In this document: piece by piece, positions 45,310-54,757 of the stretch | Numbering within the stretch: position 1 is the first letter of the stretch | Layout: every line of letters begins with the position of its first letter | Source: an uncultured Candidatus Izemoplasmatales bacterium | GTDB taxonomy: Bacteria; Bacillota_I; Bacilli_A; Izemoplasmatales; Izemoplasmataceae | Direction: 5' to 3' | Assembly (NCBI GenBank): GCA_964643385.1 | Contig: CAZXSS010000001.1 | Coordinates: forward strand, 5,283-69,282 | DNA length: 64,000 nt | Notes under the pieces: model-generated | Databases searched by the model: none | Told to the model about the DNA's origin: nothing | Seen by the model: the letters and a program-made list of their open reading frames with translations, nothing else | Program-made: the position numbers and the translations under genes

Positions 45310-47340
45310 ATGATGCGCAATAGAAAAAAGTCGATTTACTATTATAGTTTCATCACATTGCTTGTCTTTATAGGGGTATTGCTTGGGTATTTATTTATTT
45401 TACCACCAAGGCGCGCAAGCATTGTATGGCCAGCATTGGGACTTGCCTTTGGATTTCGGTATAGTTTAGGGCGTAAAGTATTGCCTTATATCATCCTCGG
45501 GTATTTTTTAGGATATTTCTTTAGCGAAACACTTATTTCTAATAATGTGTTTTATATGGCGTTTGTCGTTGCGCTAATCATGAGTATATTTTTATTTATT
45601 GCATTAGAACTTGGTATAAAAACTGTTAGATGGATTCATTATAAATCCAAAATCACATTATACAGTTTGTTGAAATATGCCATTGTAGGGTTAGTGATTG
45701 CACTTTTTACAAGTATTACTGGATCACTATTTTATGCAAGTTTAGGCTATATTCCTTTTGATACTTATTTCGGTAGTACGCTTGTTTGGATTTTAGGCGA
45801 TTTTTTTAGTCTTGTTGGCTTTGGTTTGCCTGTAATATACAGTGTCAAATTTGATACAAATTCTTTGCAGGAAAAACCATTCCTTAAACTTATCATTTAT
45901 GGATTATTTCTCTTGACACTTGTTGTATTATTAACAGATCTTGTGCCGGCTTTAAACTTTAGAAACCATAAATTTATTTTGGCTTTCTTCTCTTTCGTCT
46001 TAGCATTTTATCTACCCTACCGGACGATCTATTTATTCCATATAATTTTGCTGACAACCATGGTTATTTTTTCGCCTTTCAATCATATGGTTAATTACTT
46101 GCGGTTAATGATGGAAGTAAACTTATTTTTAGCACTCATGGCTATAACAACCATAACCATTAAGTACCATATACGGGCAATAAATATTAATAAAGATACG
46201 ATATCTGCAAAAGCTGAACGGTTGGATTTATTACTTAATGCTTTAGATAATTTGTTGGCAATGCCTTCAGAAAGCAATAAACTAGAACACCATAATATCA
46301 ATGACCATTTAAGTCAAATGTTTAGAATGGTTTATACGTTGTTTGATAAGGCTGATTATGGTTCATGTATGATTATTAATCGGACGATTGAGTTTATCGA
46401 TGGTATAGGGTTTGATATTGATGTTTTAAATCAGTTAAAATTAACTGGTAAAACACACACGTCGTATCATTTAGACGAACCGTATATTCAAACACAAGCA
46501 GAAACACACCTTAACAAAGACTTAGGTGAGAAATATTATGCAGTATATAAAAAGGCCAATCCTGCGATTAAAGAAAGTCTTTATGTTGGGTTTAGAATTG
46601 CTAAAGACATTGTGTGTGAAATGAGTTTTGATTTAAAAATCGATAGTGATGATTACTATACACAAGATGACTTGATGTTTTTTAGTTCTTTACAAACGTT
46701 GCTTGGCAGTTTTTATGAAACAGAAAAAGTCACAAGAGAATATAGTACTCTTAAAAACGATATTATTTTGAGTTTATTAAGAACGTTAGAACTCTTCGAT
46801 AAACAAGCAGGCATTCATAGTATGGATGTGGCCTTAATAGCGCAGCATCTCGCAGAAAAACTCAACCTTCATGAAGGGTTAGTTAACGATATTTATTGGG
46901 CGGGCATTGTCCATGATATTGGTAAGTTGGGTATTGATATGTCCGTCTTGAAAAAAGACGGGTTATACACAGTCAATGATTATGAGACAATGCAAGCGCA
47001 TGCGTTACTTAGCTATCAAATCTTGTCTAAGTCTGATGAACTGAAGTCTATTGCGAGTATTGTCAAACACCATCATGAATGGGTCGATGGATCTGGGTAC
47101 CCTGATCAAATTACGGGAAATGAGATTCCATTGCCCGCAAAGATATTACATATTGCAGAAGCTGTAGCGGTGATGATGCGTGAATGGTCTTATCAAGATG
47201 CGAAATCTGATCAGGAGATTATTGAAGAATTGCGTAAACAAAAAGGCACACAATTTGATTCTAAATGTGCTGATGCGATGATTGAATTAATTGAAAACGG
47301 CGTATTAGAAGAGGTTAAACAAGCAAACAGAGCTGATTAA
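45310..47340 (+). CDS. Polytopic membrane sensor with C-terminal HD-GYP domain (c-di-GMP phosphodiesterase family)
   Basis: About 9 TM in aa 1-290, a middle domain of unknown type, then HDIGKLGI ... HHEWVDGSGYP. Confidence 0.85.
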   Translation: MMRNRKKSIYYYSFITLLVFIGVLLGYLFILPPRRASIVWPALGLAFGFRYSLGRKVLPYIILGYFLGYFFSETLISNNVFYMAFVVALIMSIFLFIALELGIKTVRWIHYKSKITLYSLLKYAIVGLVIALFTSITGSLFYASLGYIPFDTYFGSTLVWILGDFFSLVGFGLPVIYSVKFDTNSLQEKPFLKLIIYGLFLLTLVVLLTDLVPALNFRNHKFILAFFSFVLAFYLPYRTIYLFHIILLTTMVIFSPFNHMVNYLRLMMEVNLFLALMAITTITIKYHIRAININKDTISAKAERLDLLLNALDNLLAMPSESNKLEHHNINDHLSQMFRMVYTLFDKADYGSCMIINRTIEFIDGIGFDIDVLNQLKLTGKTHTSYHLDEPYIQTQAETHLNKDLGEKYYAVYKKANPAIKESLYVGFRIAKDIVCEMSFDLKIDSDDYYTQDDLMFFSSLQTLLGSFYETEKVTREYSTLKNDIILSLLRTLELFDKQAGIHSMDVALIAQHLAEKLNLHEGLVNDIYWAGIVHDIGKLGIDMSVLKKDGLYTVNDYETMQAHALLSYQILSKSDELKSIASIVKHHHEWVDGSGYPDQITGNEIPLPAKILHIAEAVAVMMREWSYQDAKSDQEIIEELRKQKGTQFDSKCADAMIELIENGVLEEVKQANRAD

Positions 47341-47356
47341 TCAGCTCTGTTTTTTA
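47328..47356. terminator. Perfect 22-nt palindrome containing both convergent stop codons; bidirectional terminator
   Basis: cagagctgatt|aatcagctctg (47328-47349), then T6. TAA of the HD-GYP gene (47338-47340) and TGA of kamE (47341-47343) sit at the palindrome centre. Confidence 0.75.
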
Positions 47357-48075
47357 TGGAGTGCTTGAACGGCGAAACTGGCAACATCATACGCGTACTT
47401 TTTAGGACCGAAGCCAGCATCATAGCCTAGTTCTTTAGCTAGCGCATGATTGATTCTAGCGCCGCCGATGATGACGATAAAATCATCACGTTTATTTTCT
47501 GCTTCTAAGAGTTCTATGAAGGCTGTGAGGTTTTGAATGTGCACGTCTTTTTGGGTAACGGTTTGACTAATTAAAATCACATCTGCTTGATGGGTTATGG
47601 CTTCTTCTAGCAATGTTTCATTATCGATTTGACTGCCTAAGTTAATTGCCTGAATGCCTTTATAGCGTTCTAAACCGTAATTTCCGTTGAATCCTTTCAT
47701 ATTCATGATGGCATCAATGCCTACGGTGTGTGCATCTGTACCGGTTGATGCGCCAATGAAGGTAAGTGGTCTGTCAAAATGGGTGGCGATATATGTTTCA
47801 ACGGCTTCTTTGCTCATCGTATCTGATTCAATATCTGTGACGGTGATTGTACTTGGATCAATTTGATGGCGGATAGAACCGTAGACAATGTAAAAACTGA
47901 AGTCATCACTCAAGGGTGTGCTATGCACAACACTTGCGTTTTCTAACCCCATCTTATGTGCAAATGCTTTGGCTGTTTCTTCGCCTAGTGTGTCGCATGG
48001 CAAGGGTAAGGTAAAACTAACTTGGACTTTTCCATCGTTTAAGGTATCGCCATAAGGTCTTATGAATTTACTCAT
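47341..48075 (-). CDS. kamE: Lysine 5,6-aminomutase beta subunit (B12-binding)
   Basis: 244 aa. Cobalamin base-off motif GTDAHTVGID. 8-nt overlap with kamD. Confidence 0.88.
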   Translation of the reverse strand: MSKFIRPYGDTLNDGKVQVSFTLPLPCDTLGEETAKAFAHKMGLENASVVHSTPLSDDFSFYIVYGSIRHQIDPSTITVTDIESDTMSKEAVETYIATHFDRPLTFIGASTGTDAHTVGIDAIMNMKGFNGNYGLERYKGIQAINLGSQIDNETLLEEAITHQADVILISQTVTQKDVHIQNLTAFIELLEAENKRDDFIVIIGGARINHALAKELGYDAGFGPKKYAYDVASFAVQALHKKQS

Positions 48076-49633
48076 GATTTGCCTCCTTAAGATGGGTTAT
48101 CATCATGTCCATCACTGGGTTATGGTAGTGTTTGTGTTTTTTTATTACGCCGTCTAACCCTTTTCCTTTGGTTGGGCTGCGTTTAACATCTGCGAAAACA
48201 CCTTTTTCTAGCGAGCTAAATAAGCCGTCTTTTTTGATGGTATCTAGCAGCGCTTTCGCATCATTTAATACGTTAATCGCACGGGTGGCAATAATCCCGT
48301 CGTCTTTATAGGTAATTTCTTGTCCGAAATCTTTGAAGGCTTTATATATAAGTGAGGTATTATCTAAGGCTAGTGCTCTATCACTCATAAACGGGGTATG
48401 AATGGCTTCGGTAATCATCCCTAGTAAATGGATGTTTTGATTGGTCGTGACGGTCGCAATATTAAAGAGGGTATTTAATGTCGTGCCTTTAAAGATATCC
48501 CCGGTCATATGTTTTGTTGGGGGCATATATTTTAGCGGGGCGTTTTTAAAAATATCTCTTGATAATTGGGCGCTGGCTATTTCATATAAAAAGCTGTTTT
48601 CAATCGTAGGATCAATTTCATAGGCATGACCAAGTCCCATGAGTGATTCTTTCATATATGCGGTTTTTGCGAATTGTTCGTTAATGAACTGACTCGCTAA
48701 TACGTTATGAGCATGATGAAAGGCGTCTGCGGTAGTTAGGTAATTATCTTCTCCGGTATTAATGGTGATGTCTGCGTACGCACTGATAACGCGGGAAAAA
48801 TATTGATCAATCATCGTGCGTTTCATATTAATATCACGGAAGATAATCCCATAAAGCGAATCATTGAGCATCATATCTAAGCGTTCTATTGCGCCGAGTG
48901 CGGCGATTTCAGGCATGCAAAGACCGGATGCGTAGTTGACAAGTTTAATATAGCGTTTTTCGGTTTTTGAGACAGTATCAAGCGCTTCGCGCATTAAGCG
49001 GAAGTTTTCTTGGGTAGCGTAAGTTCCGCCGAAGCCTTCAGTAGTAGCACCATAGGGGACATAATCAAGTAATGATTGACCGGTTGTTCTTATAACGGCG
49101 ATTACATCAGCACCGTTTTTCGCTGCGGATACAGCTTGTTTAATGTCTTCGTGGATGTTGCCGGTTGCGACAATAACATATTTTTCTGGTTGATTTTCTC
49201 TTGGAAATGTGTCTAAAAATTGATGACGCGTGCTGGTTTGATGGTTGATTTTTTTCAGTGTTTTTTTAATGTATGGGGTTAATAAGTCTAGATAAGGACT
49301 ATCTGTTTCATCATGATAGATAGATAAATCAATGGTGCCTTCGTTAATGGCATAGGCGATGGCTTGTGGTGATTGATCATGTGCGTGCATCGCATAACTC
49401 ATGTAGTGGGCTATCCCTTTATCTAACCCGTTATTATTCAAAATATGATCAACAACGATATTGGCATAAGGGATATCAAAATCGTTGATGCCATCAATAC
49501 CTAAAAACCTTGCGATGGTACGTTCAACACTTACAGTGGTGTAGTCATCAATCATTGCTTTCATGTTTTTTGCGATGGTTTTTGCATCTTCTCTACAGGC
49601 GTTGATGGTTTGTATGTTTAGTGGTAATCTCAT
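48068..49633 (-). CDS. kamD: Lysine 5,6-aminomutase alpha subunit
   Basis: 521 aa TIM-barrel-size protein directly upstream of the B12-binding subunit within a kamA/kdd/kce/kal cluster. Confidence 0.85.
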   Translation of the reverse strand: MRLPLNIQTINACREDAKTIAKNMKAMIDDYTTVSVERTIARFLGIDGINDFDIPYANIVVDHILNNNGLDKGIAHYMSYAMHAHDQSPQAIAYAINEGTIDLSIYHDETDSPYLDLLTPYIKKTLKKINHQTSTRHQFLDTFPRENQPEKYVIVATGNIHEDIKQAVSAAKNGADVIAVIRTTGQSLLDYVPYGATTEGFGGTYATQENFRLMREALDTVSKTEKRYIKLVNYASGLCMPEIAALGAIERLDMMLNDSLYGIIFRDINMKRTMIDQYFSRVISAYADITINTGEDNYLTTADAFHHAHNVLASQFINEQFAKTAYMKESLMGLGHAYEIDPTIENSFLYEIASAQLSRDIFKNAPLKYMPPTKHMTGDIFKGTTLNTLFNIATVTTNQNIHLLGMITEAIHTPFMSDRALALDNTSLIYKAFKDFGQEITYKDDGIIATRAINVLNDAKALLDTIKKDGLFSSLEKGVFADVKRSPTKGKGLDGVIKKHKHYHNPVMDMMITHLKEANHE

Positions 49634-50625
49634 CGGTTGCCCTCCTCTTCTTGGACGTTAATTACTGGGACGCTAATGGCGTCTTGCATGGCACTGTGAA
49701 AGGCCACTTTGTCATATCCCTGTCCGGTTGGTCTAAAGGGATTAATCGTGACACATAGTAAAGGTATTGTATGCAAGACTTCAATTCTGATGTTTAACTT
49801 TTTGATATAGGTAAAATAGTGGGTTGGTAATAATAGTTTGGTCGCATTATCTATAACTAATGTAACGTTTTTTTCTTTATGGTTAATAAAGTAATCGATG
49901 ATGCGTTTTGTGATGGCGCCTTTTATATAGAGTGTTTTATTACCTGCTTCATTGGCGGGCGTTAATACGTGTCCAATCACTTTTGGGGTGTTGTGCTTGT
50001 TGGTGGTAATAGTTAAAGGGTCACCGCTTTTTAGTGTAGATAAATCCAATCCTGTTTGCGGATATTGAAAACTTTTAACGATGGCTTGTGTTGCTTTAAT
50101 TGTTGTTGCCATGTCTGGATGAAGGCTAGCCCCTGTTGCAAGAATCACGCCATCAAGGGATGGTATGCTTGCTACGGTTTTTCGGTTAAATGCGCCATCA
50201 ACCAAAATAATATCTGACAAAGGTTTTAATGTGGTGATGATGGTGCTTAAATCTTTATTGGTTGATGGGCCAGCAATTACAACATTACCAGGATGTGTTA
50301 TCTTGATGATAACAATATTGCCTAGTGCTGTAGAACACGTTGTTCGTTTAATGAGACTATATTTTATAAGCGTGTCTTTTAGTGTATCTTCTGCCGTAGC
50401 AATAATCATACCTTTTTTGACTGTGATTTGTGGTTTCGGAAGAAAGGTTAATTGGTCGATTTGTTCACCATCTAAACCGATGCTTGTGAGTGCGATGCGC
50501 GTATCATTAGGTAATGTTTTAATGCAGGCATTTAATGTGGTTGTTTTGCCGGTGTTTTTGGCAAGCCCAATAATTGCAAGTGTGGTTGGTTGTGCGGTTG
50601 ATAATACGGTATGTAAAGTTGTCAT
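49630..50625 (-). CDS. P-loop NTPase between kamA and kamD; candidate aminomutase reactivase ATPase (KamC-like)
   Basis: 331 aa. N-terminal GLAKNTGKTT P-loop. Start ATG abuts the kamA stop; 4-nt overlap with kamD. Confidence 0.5.
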   Translation of the reverse strand: MTTLHTVLSTAQPTTLAIIGLAKNTGKTTTLNACIKTLPNDTRIALTSIGLDGEQIDQLTFLPKPQITVKKGMIIATAEDTLKDTLIKYSLIKRTTCSTALGNIVIIKITHPGNVVIAGPSTNKDLSTIITTLKPLSDIILVDGAFNRKTVASIPSLDGVILATGASLHPDMATTIKATQAIVKSFQYPQTGLDLSTLKSGDPLTITTNKHNTPKVIGHVLTPANEAGNKTLYIKGAITKRIIDYFINHKEKNVTLVIDNATKLLLPTHYFTYIKKLNIRIEVLHTIPLLCVTINPFRPTGQGYDKVAFHSAMQDAISVPVINVQEEEGNR

Positions 50626-51864
50626 TTACTTATAGTCAGGTTCTAGACTAATGCGATTGCCATCTAATAACCCACTAACCCCATTTAGACGTGTATTTTG
50701 ACAGTCTTCACATTCACATTGTGCGACGTAATGCGTTGGTTCTGAATAGGTTGTAATCACACCTTCATAATTTCTTAAGACAATTTTACCTGGGGCTTGG
50801 GATATAACGTAGTTTGGCATCACAGGAATTTTTCCGCCACCACCTGGGGCATCAACAACGAATGTTGGGACCGAAAATCCACTGGTATGACCGCGTAACC
50901 CTTCAATAATTTCTATGCCTTTACTTACAGGGGTTCTAAAATGTTCAATACCCATGGATAAATCACATTGATAAATGTAGTATGGTTTAACGCGAATCGC
51001 GACGAGGCCTTGCATAAGTTTGCGCATCACATGAACACAGTCATTAACCCCACGGAGTAAGACGCTTTGGTTTCCTAAAGGGATACCGGCATTGGCGAGT
51101 TTATCGATGGCTGCTTTACTGTCTTCTGTGATTTCAAGGGGATGATTAAAGTGGGTGTTTAAATATATCGGATGGTACTTTTTAAGCATGTTTACTAAAT
51201 CATCTGTAATCCGCTGTGGCATAACAACGGGGGTTCTTGTGCCAAAGCGAATGACGGCGACGTGATCAATACCGCGGAGTGCTTTTAAAATATACTCGAT
51301 GCGCTCATCGCTTACAAGTAAGGCATCACCGCCGCTTAATAACACATCATTGATTTCTTCATGGTTGCGGATATAGTCAATGGCTTGGTCGATATGATCT
51401 TGTGGGGAAACTTGATCGTGCATGCCAGCAAACCGTCGTCTTGTACAGTGGCGACAATACATGCTACACATGTCGGTAATTAAAAATAACACGCGGTTAG
51501 GATAACGGTGGGTTAACCCAGGAACCGGTGAATCATGGTCTTCTGCGAGTGGGTCTAGTAAGTCGTGTTTAGATACGGTAAGTTCATTCGCTAAGGGGAC
51601 CGCTTGAAGTCTAATTGGATCATATTCGTTGCTTGGATCAATTAGGGTAAGATAATAGGGTGTTATAGCCATTCTAAATCGCCCAAGCACATCACTGATC
51701 ATTGAAGCTTCACGGTCCGATAAATGGATGTATTTTTCTAGGTCTTCAACGGTTGTGATGCGGTTTTTTACTTGCCAATGCCAGTCATTCCAATCGGTAT
51801 CACTAACAGTGGGAAAGTAGACTTCTTTACGTTTTAGATGGGCTTTATTTAATTGCGGTTTCAT
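50626..51864 (-). CDS. kamA: L-lysine 2,3-aminomutase (radical SAM, PLP)
   Basis: CSMYCRHCTRRR radical-SAM cluster motif, WNDWHWQ, typical length of 412 aa. Confidence 0.95.
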   Translation of the reverse strand: MKPQLNKAHLKRKEVYFPTVSDTDWNDWHWQVKNRITTVEDLEKYIHLSDREASMISDVLGRFRMAITPYYLTLIDPSNEYDPIRLQAVPLANELTVSKHDLLDPLAEDHDSPVPGLTHRYPNRVLFLITDMCSMYCRHCTRRRFAGMHDQVSPQDHIDQAIDYIRNHEEINDVLLSGGDALLVSDERIEYILKALRGIDHVAVIRFGTRTPVVMPQRITDDLVNMLKKYHPIYLNTHFNHPLEITEDSKAAIDKLANAGIPLGNQSVLLRGVNDCVHVMRKLMQGLVAIRVKPYYIYQCDLSMGIEHFRTPVSKGIEIIEGLRGHTSGFSVPTFVVDAPGGGGKIPVMPNYVISQAPGKIVLRNYEGVITTYSEPTHYVAQCECEDCQNTRLNGVSGLLDGNRISLEPDYK

Positions 51865-51875
51865 AATGGTCCTCC

Positions 51876-52916
51876 TTAGATATATTTTTGGGAAAATAGG
51901 GTTCTTATTTTATCGCTTTCTCTAATAATATTTAAGGTTGTTTCGGCGTGGTTTTTTGTGTACCCGTTACCAATAATCATTTGTACATCTTTGCCGACAC
52001 CTTCAGCGCCAAGTGCTGCTTTTGTGAAACTAGTGGCCATTGAAAAGAAATAGACAATGCCATCGTCTTTGGTGCTTAAGATGGAGGCCATTTCAGTATC
52101 AGGGACATTGACCACGTTAATGGTTAAATCCGCTAACTTATTGTCAGTAATGCGGGCGATTTTTTGGTAAACGTCAACAGCATTTTGCGCATCAGCTAAG
52201 ATAACATCATCACATATATCTAAAGAAGCTAATTGATCGATTTGTGCAGGTTCATTAACAAGCCCAATGACTTTACCGTTTTTACCAACGTGTTTTTTAG
52301 CTTGATAGGCACAAAGAATACCGCTTTTACCAGCCGCACCAATAATGAAGACAGTGTCATCTTTTTTTGCGAGTTTTTTAACTTGGGCAGGTGCACCGGC
52401 AACATCTAAACCAGCTAAGACGAGTTTTGGATTTAAATCATCAGGGATTTCAGCGTATAAGCCTGAATCAAATAAAATGGCTTGACCTTTGATGGTGACT
52501 TGTTCGTTCGTTACGTTAATATCGATGATGTCATCAATGTGTAATGGTGTTAAAGATAAAGAAACAAGGGTTGCGATGGTTGTGCCTACTTTCAGTTGTT
52601 GATTATGGAAGTCTTTGCCGACTTCTAAAACATCACCAATAAGCATACCACCACTTTTAGTCACGGGGTTTTGCATTTTGCCTTTGGTTTTAACAATATC
52701 TTTAATCATTTGTTTCATGATGGTTTTATCATTGTTTGCGGCCTGTTTAATTTGATGAAATGAGGCAGAATCAATGTTTAATGTATGGACATTAATTTTT
52801 AGTTCATTTGCATGTAGTGTCATTGATGCATCGATCACATCGGCGGCTTGTGGTAAGGTGGGTTTATCAGATAATACCCGGTGGGTTCCATATGGACATA
52901 ATTTCATTAAAGTCAC
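51876..52916 (-). CDS. kdd: L-erythro-3,5-diaminohexanoate dehydrogenase
   Basis: 346 aa. Rossmann motif IIGAAGKSG. Conserved position in the lysine fermentation cluster. Confidence 0.78.
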   Translation of the reverse strand: MTLMKLCPYGTHRVLSDKPTLPQAADVIDASMTLHANELKINVHTLNIDSASFHQIKQAANNDKTIMKQMIKDIVKTKGKMQNPVTKSGGMLIGDVLEVGKDFHNQQLKVGTTIATLVSLSLTPLHIDDIIDINVTNEQVTIKGQAILFDSGLYAEIPDDLNPKLVLAGLDVAGAPAQVKKLAKKDDTVFIIGAAGKSGILCAYQAKKHVGKNGKVIGLVNEPAQIDQLASLDICDDVILADAQNAVDVYQKIARITDNKLADLTINVVNVPDTEMASILSTKDDGIVYFFSMATSFTKAALGAEGVGKDVQMIIGNGYTKNHAETTLNIIRESDKIRTLFSQKYI

Positions 52917-53734
52917 TCCTTTATGTTTAGTATTCTGCGGGCTTCTTTAGGGGTTGCGATTAAGCGATTGTGGGTTTTAGCAATGGCGACGACTTTTTCA
53001 ACGAGTTGTTTATTGCCTTTGGCAAGAACACCTTTTTCTAAATAGATATTGTCTTCTAAGCCAACGCGGACATGACCACCTGCTTTAATGGCAAGTTCAG
53101 CAAGCGAAAACTCATATTTCCCAATACCAGCAACACTGTAGGTTGCATCAGGTGGTATGGATGCTTTTAAGAAATGAAAATCTCTTTCTTCACCGGTCAT
53201 GCCTCCGTTTACACCTAAGACAAAACTAAAATGTAAGGGGGCATGAATAAAGCCTTTTTTGTGTAATCTTAAAACGGTATCTATGTGTCCTTTTTCAAAA
53301 CATTCTAGTTCTTTAAAGATATGATTGTTTTCCATGATTTTAGCCATTTTTTTGATGTCATTTTCTGTATTAACAAATATCGCATCGCCACCAAAATTTA
53401 AAGTACCACAATCAAGGGTAGCCATTTCAATAGGCAGTTCGGTCACGGCGAGGCGCTCTTTTAATGACATGCCAACAGCGCCACCGGTTGATGGTTGGAT
53501 AATGACATCTGGGCATACAGCTTTGATGGCATCAATTAATACTTTATAGCGGGTCTTATCTTGAGTTGGTGTGCCATCTTCTTCTCTTGCATGTAAATGG
53601 ATAATGCTTGCGCCGGCTTGATAAGCAGCCTGTGCTTCTTGGACTATCTCATCTTTGGTGTAGGGAATATAAGGGGTATGGTCCTTGGTGACCTCTGCGC
53701 CTGTGATGGCACATGTGATAATCAGTTTATCCAC
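52913..53734 (-). CDS. kce: 3-keto-5-aminohexanoate cleavage enzyme (BKACE/DUF849 family)
   Basis: [11 protein letters not shown]...IPYT..EI...[16 protein letters not shown] family signature; 273 aa. Confidence 0.85.
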   Translation of the reverse strand: MDKLIITCAITGAEVTKDHTPYIPYTKDEIVQEAQAAYQAGASIIHLHAREEDGTPTQDKTRYKVLIDAIKAVCPDVIIQPSTGGAVGMSLKERLAVTELPIEMATLDCGTLNFGGDAIFVNTENDIKKMAKIMENNHIFKELECFEKGHIDTVLRLHKKGFIHAPLHFSFVLGVNGGMTGEERDFHFLKASIPPDATYSVAGIGKYEFSLAELAIKAGGHVRVGLEDNIYLEKGVLAKGNKQLVEKVVAIAKTHNRLIATPKEARRILNIKE

Positions 53735-54110
53735 GTTGATTTTCCTTTAAAACGACGCAGGTGCCAATGGCTTTGGTTGTGAGGATGCGTTCTTCTAAAA
53801 GATCCGCAGCTGAATCACTGATGTCTTTTCTTGGGGTGATTACTTTATAACAAGCAAATTCCATTTTACGTGATGTATTGCCTATGGCGATAATTTTGCC
53901 TTCAAGTTCAATAAAGTCACCAGCGTAAAGTGGGGCTAAAAAATCGATATCTTCATAACTTCTAAATAATCCTTCATCACCATCGTGACGAATCAGTAGT
54001 TCGGTGGCTAAATCACCAAATAAGGCAAGGACTTTAGCGCCATCTACTAAATTGCCGCCGTAGTGCGCATCGGCTTGAGATAGGCGTAATCTTAACGTTG
54101 TTTTCTCCAT
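53727..54110 (-). CDS. kal: 3-aminobutyryl-CoA ammonia-lyase (hot-dog fold)
   Basis: 127 aa hot-dog-size protein immediately upstream of kce; 8-nt overlap. Confidence 0.72.
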   Translation of the reverse strand: MEKTTLRLRLSQADAHYGGNLVDGAKVLALFGDLATELLIRHDGDEGLFRSYEDIDFLAPLYAGDFIELEGKIIAIGNTSRKMEFACYKVITPRKDISDSAADLLEERILTTKAIGTCVVLKENQRG

Positions 54111-54112
54111 TA

Positions 54113-54535
54113 TTATTCCTCCATCTTTTTGTTTTTTTTCGGCATCAGCATAGCTTCGCCGGTTAATAGTTTTAAATTGTCTTTTGAGATGATATCTGTG
54201 GTGAAATAGGCGCGGTTTTTTTCTTTATCTAAGGATTTAACGGTAACTTTTATCGTGAGTTCTTGATCGGGATAGACAGGTTTTAAAAAGGTTAGCGATT
54301 GTGAGACATAAATGGTGCCTTCACCGGGGTACTCTAGACCGAAGATTTTACTGAATAGTGATCCGACAAGCATGCCATGAACAATGGGTTGTCTAAACAC
54401 TGTTGATTTACAGTAGTCCTCATCAAAATGGGCCGGATTATAATCGGCGGTGATGCGGGCAAATGCTTCAACATCTTGTTTGGTAATGATGCGAGTATAT
54501 TCTTTGGTATCCCCAATACGCATTGAATGTATCAT
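54113..54535 (-). CDS. MaoC-like (R)-specific enoyl-CoA hydratase/dehydratase
   Basis: DYNPAHFDE and IVHGML hydratase motifs. True start ATG 54535 (MIHSMRIGD) follows RBS AAGGAGGA; the track N-terminal extension to 54601 would run through the terminator hairpin. Confidence 0.82.
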   Translation of the reverse strand: MIHSMRIGDTKEYTRIITKQDVEAFARITADYNPAHFDEDYCKSTVFRQPIVHGMLVGSLFSKIFGLEYPGEGTIYVSQSLTFLKPVYPDQELTIKVTVKSLDKEKNRAYFTTDIISKDNLKLLTGEAMLMPKKNKKMEE

Positions 54536-54550
54536 GAATATCCTCCTTAA

Positions 54551-54590
54551 AAAATATAAAATAAAAAAGCTGTCCTTAGGACAGCTCTCC
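54551..54590 (-). terminator. Riboswitch expression-platform terminator
   Basis: Minus strand reads GAGAGCUGUCC-UAA-GGACAGCUUUUUUAUUUUAUAUUUUUU: 8 perfect bp plus A-U and G-U extensions, and a long U tract, 15 nt before the RBS. Confidence 0.85.
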
Positions 54591-54745
54591 ATGATGGTCA
54601 TGGCAATGACTAAAGTGTGCCTTTAATCATCAAGTATATAGATGAGACAGCCATATACTTTCGGCGAAGTTTCCCTTCTTTAATAAAGTCGAATGTCTCG
54701 TTCTCAAGCCCTTATTAAATACCCAATACTTCGCGCCTCTGTTTA
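54579..54745 (-). promoter_or_regulatory. Lysine riboswitch (L-box) aptamer
   Basis: Minus strand carries ACAG-AGGCGCGAAGU..., AGGGAAACUUCGCCGAAAG, GGCUGUC, CAUUGCCA, the CCAUGA/UCAUGG hairpin and 3' GGAGAGCUGU. These match conserved L-box core strings known from lysC leaders. Confidence 0.85.
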
Positions 54746-54757
54746 CATTCCACTCGT

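Noticed and set aside
54536-54601. N-terminal 22-aa extension of the MaoC ORF given in the track (MTIMESCPKDSFFILYFLRRIF).
   Set aside because: It would be translated from the riboswitch P5/terminator region and has no RBS. ATG 54535 has a perfect AAGGAGGA RBS just after the terminator U tract.
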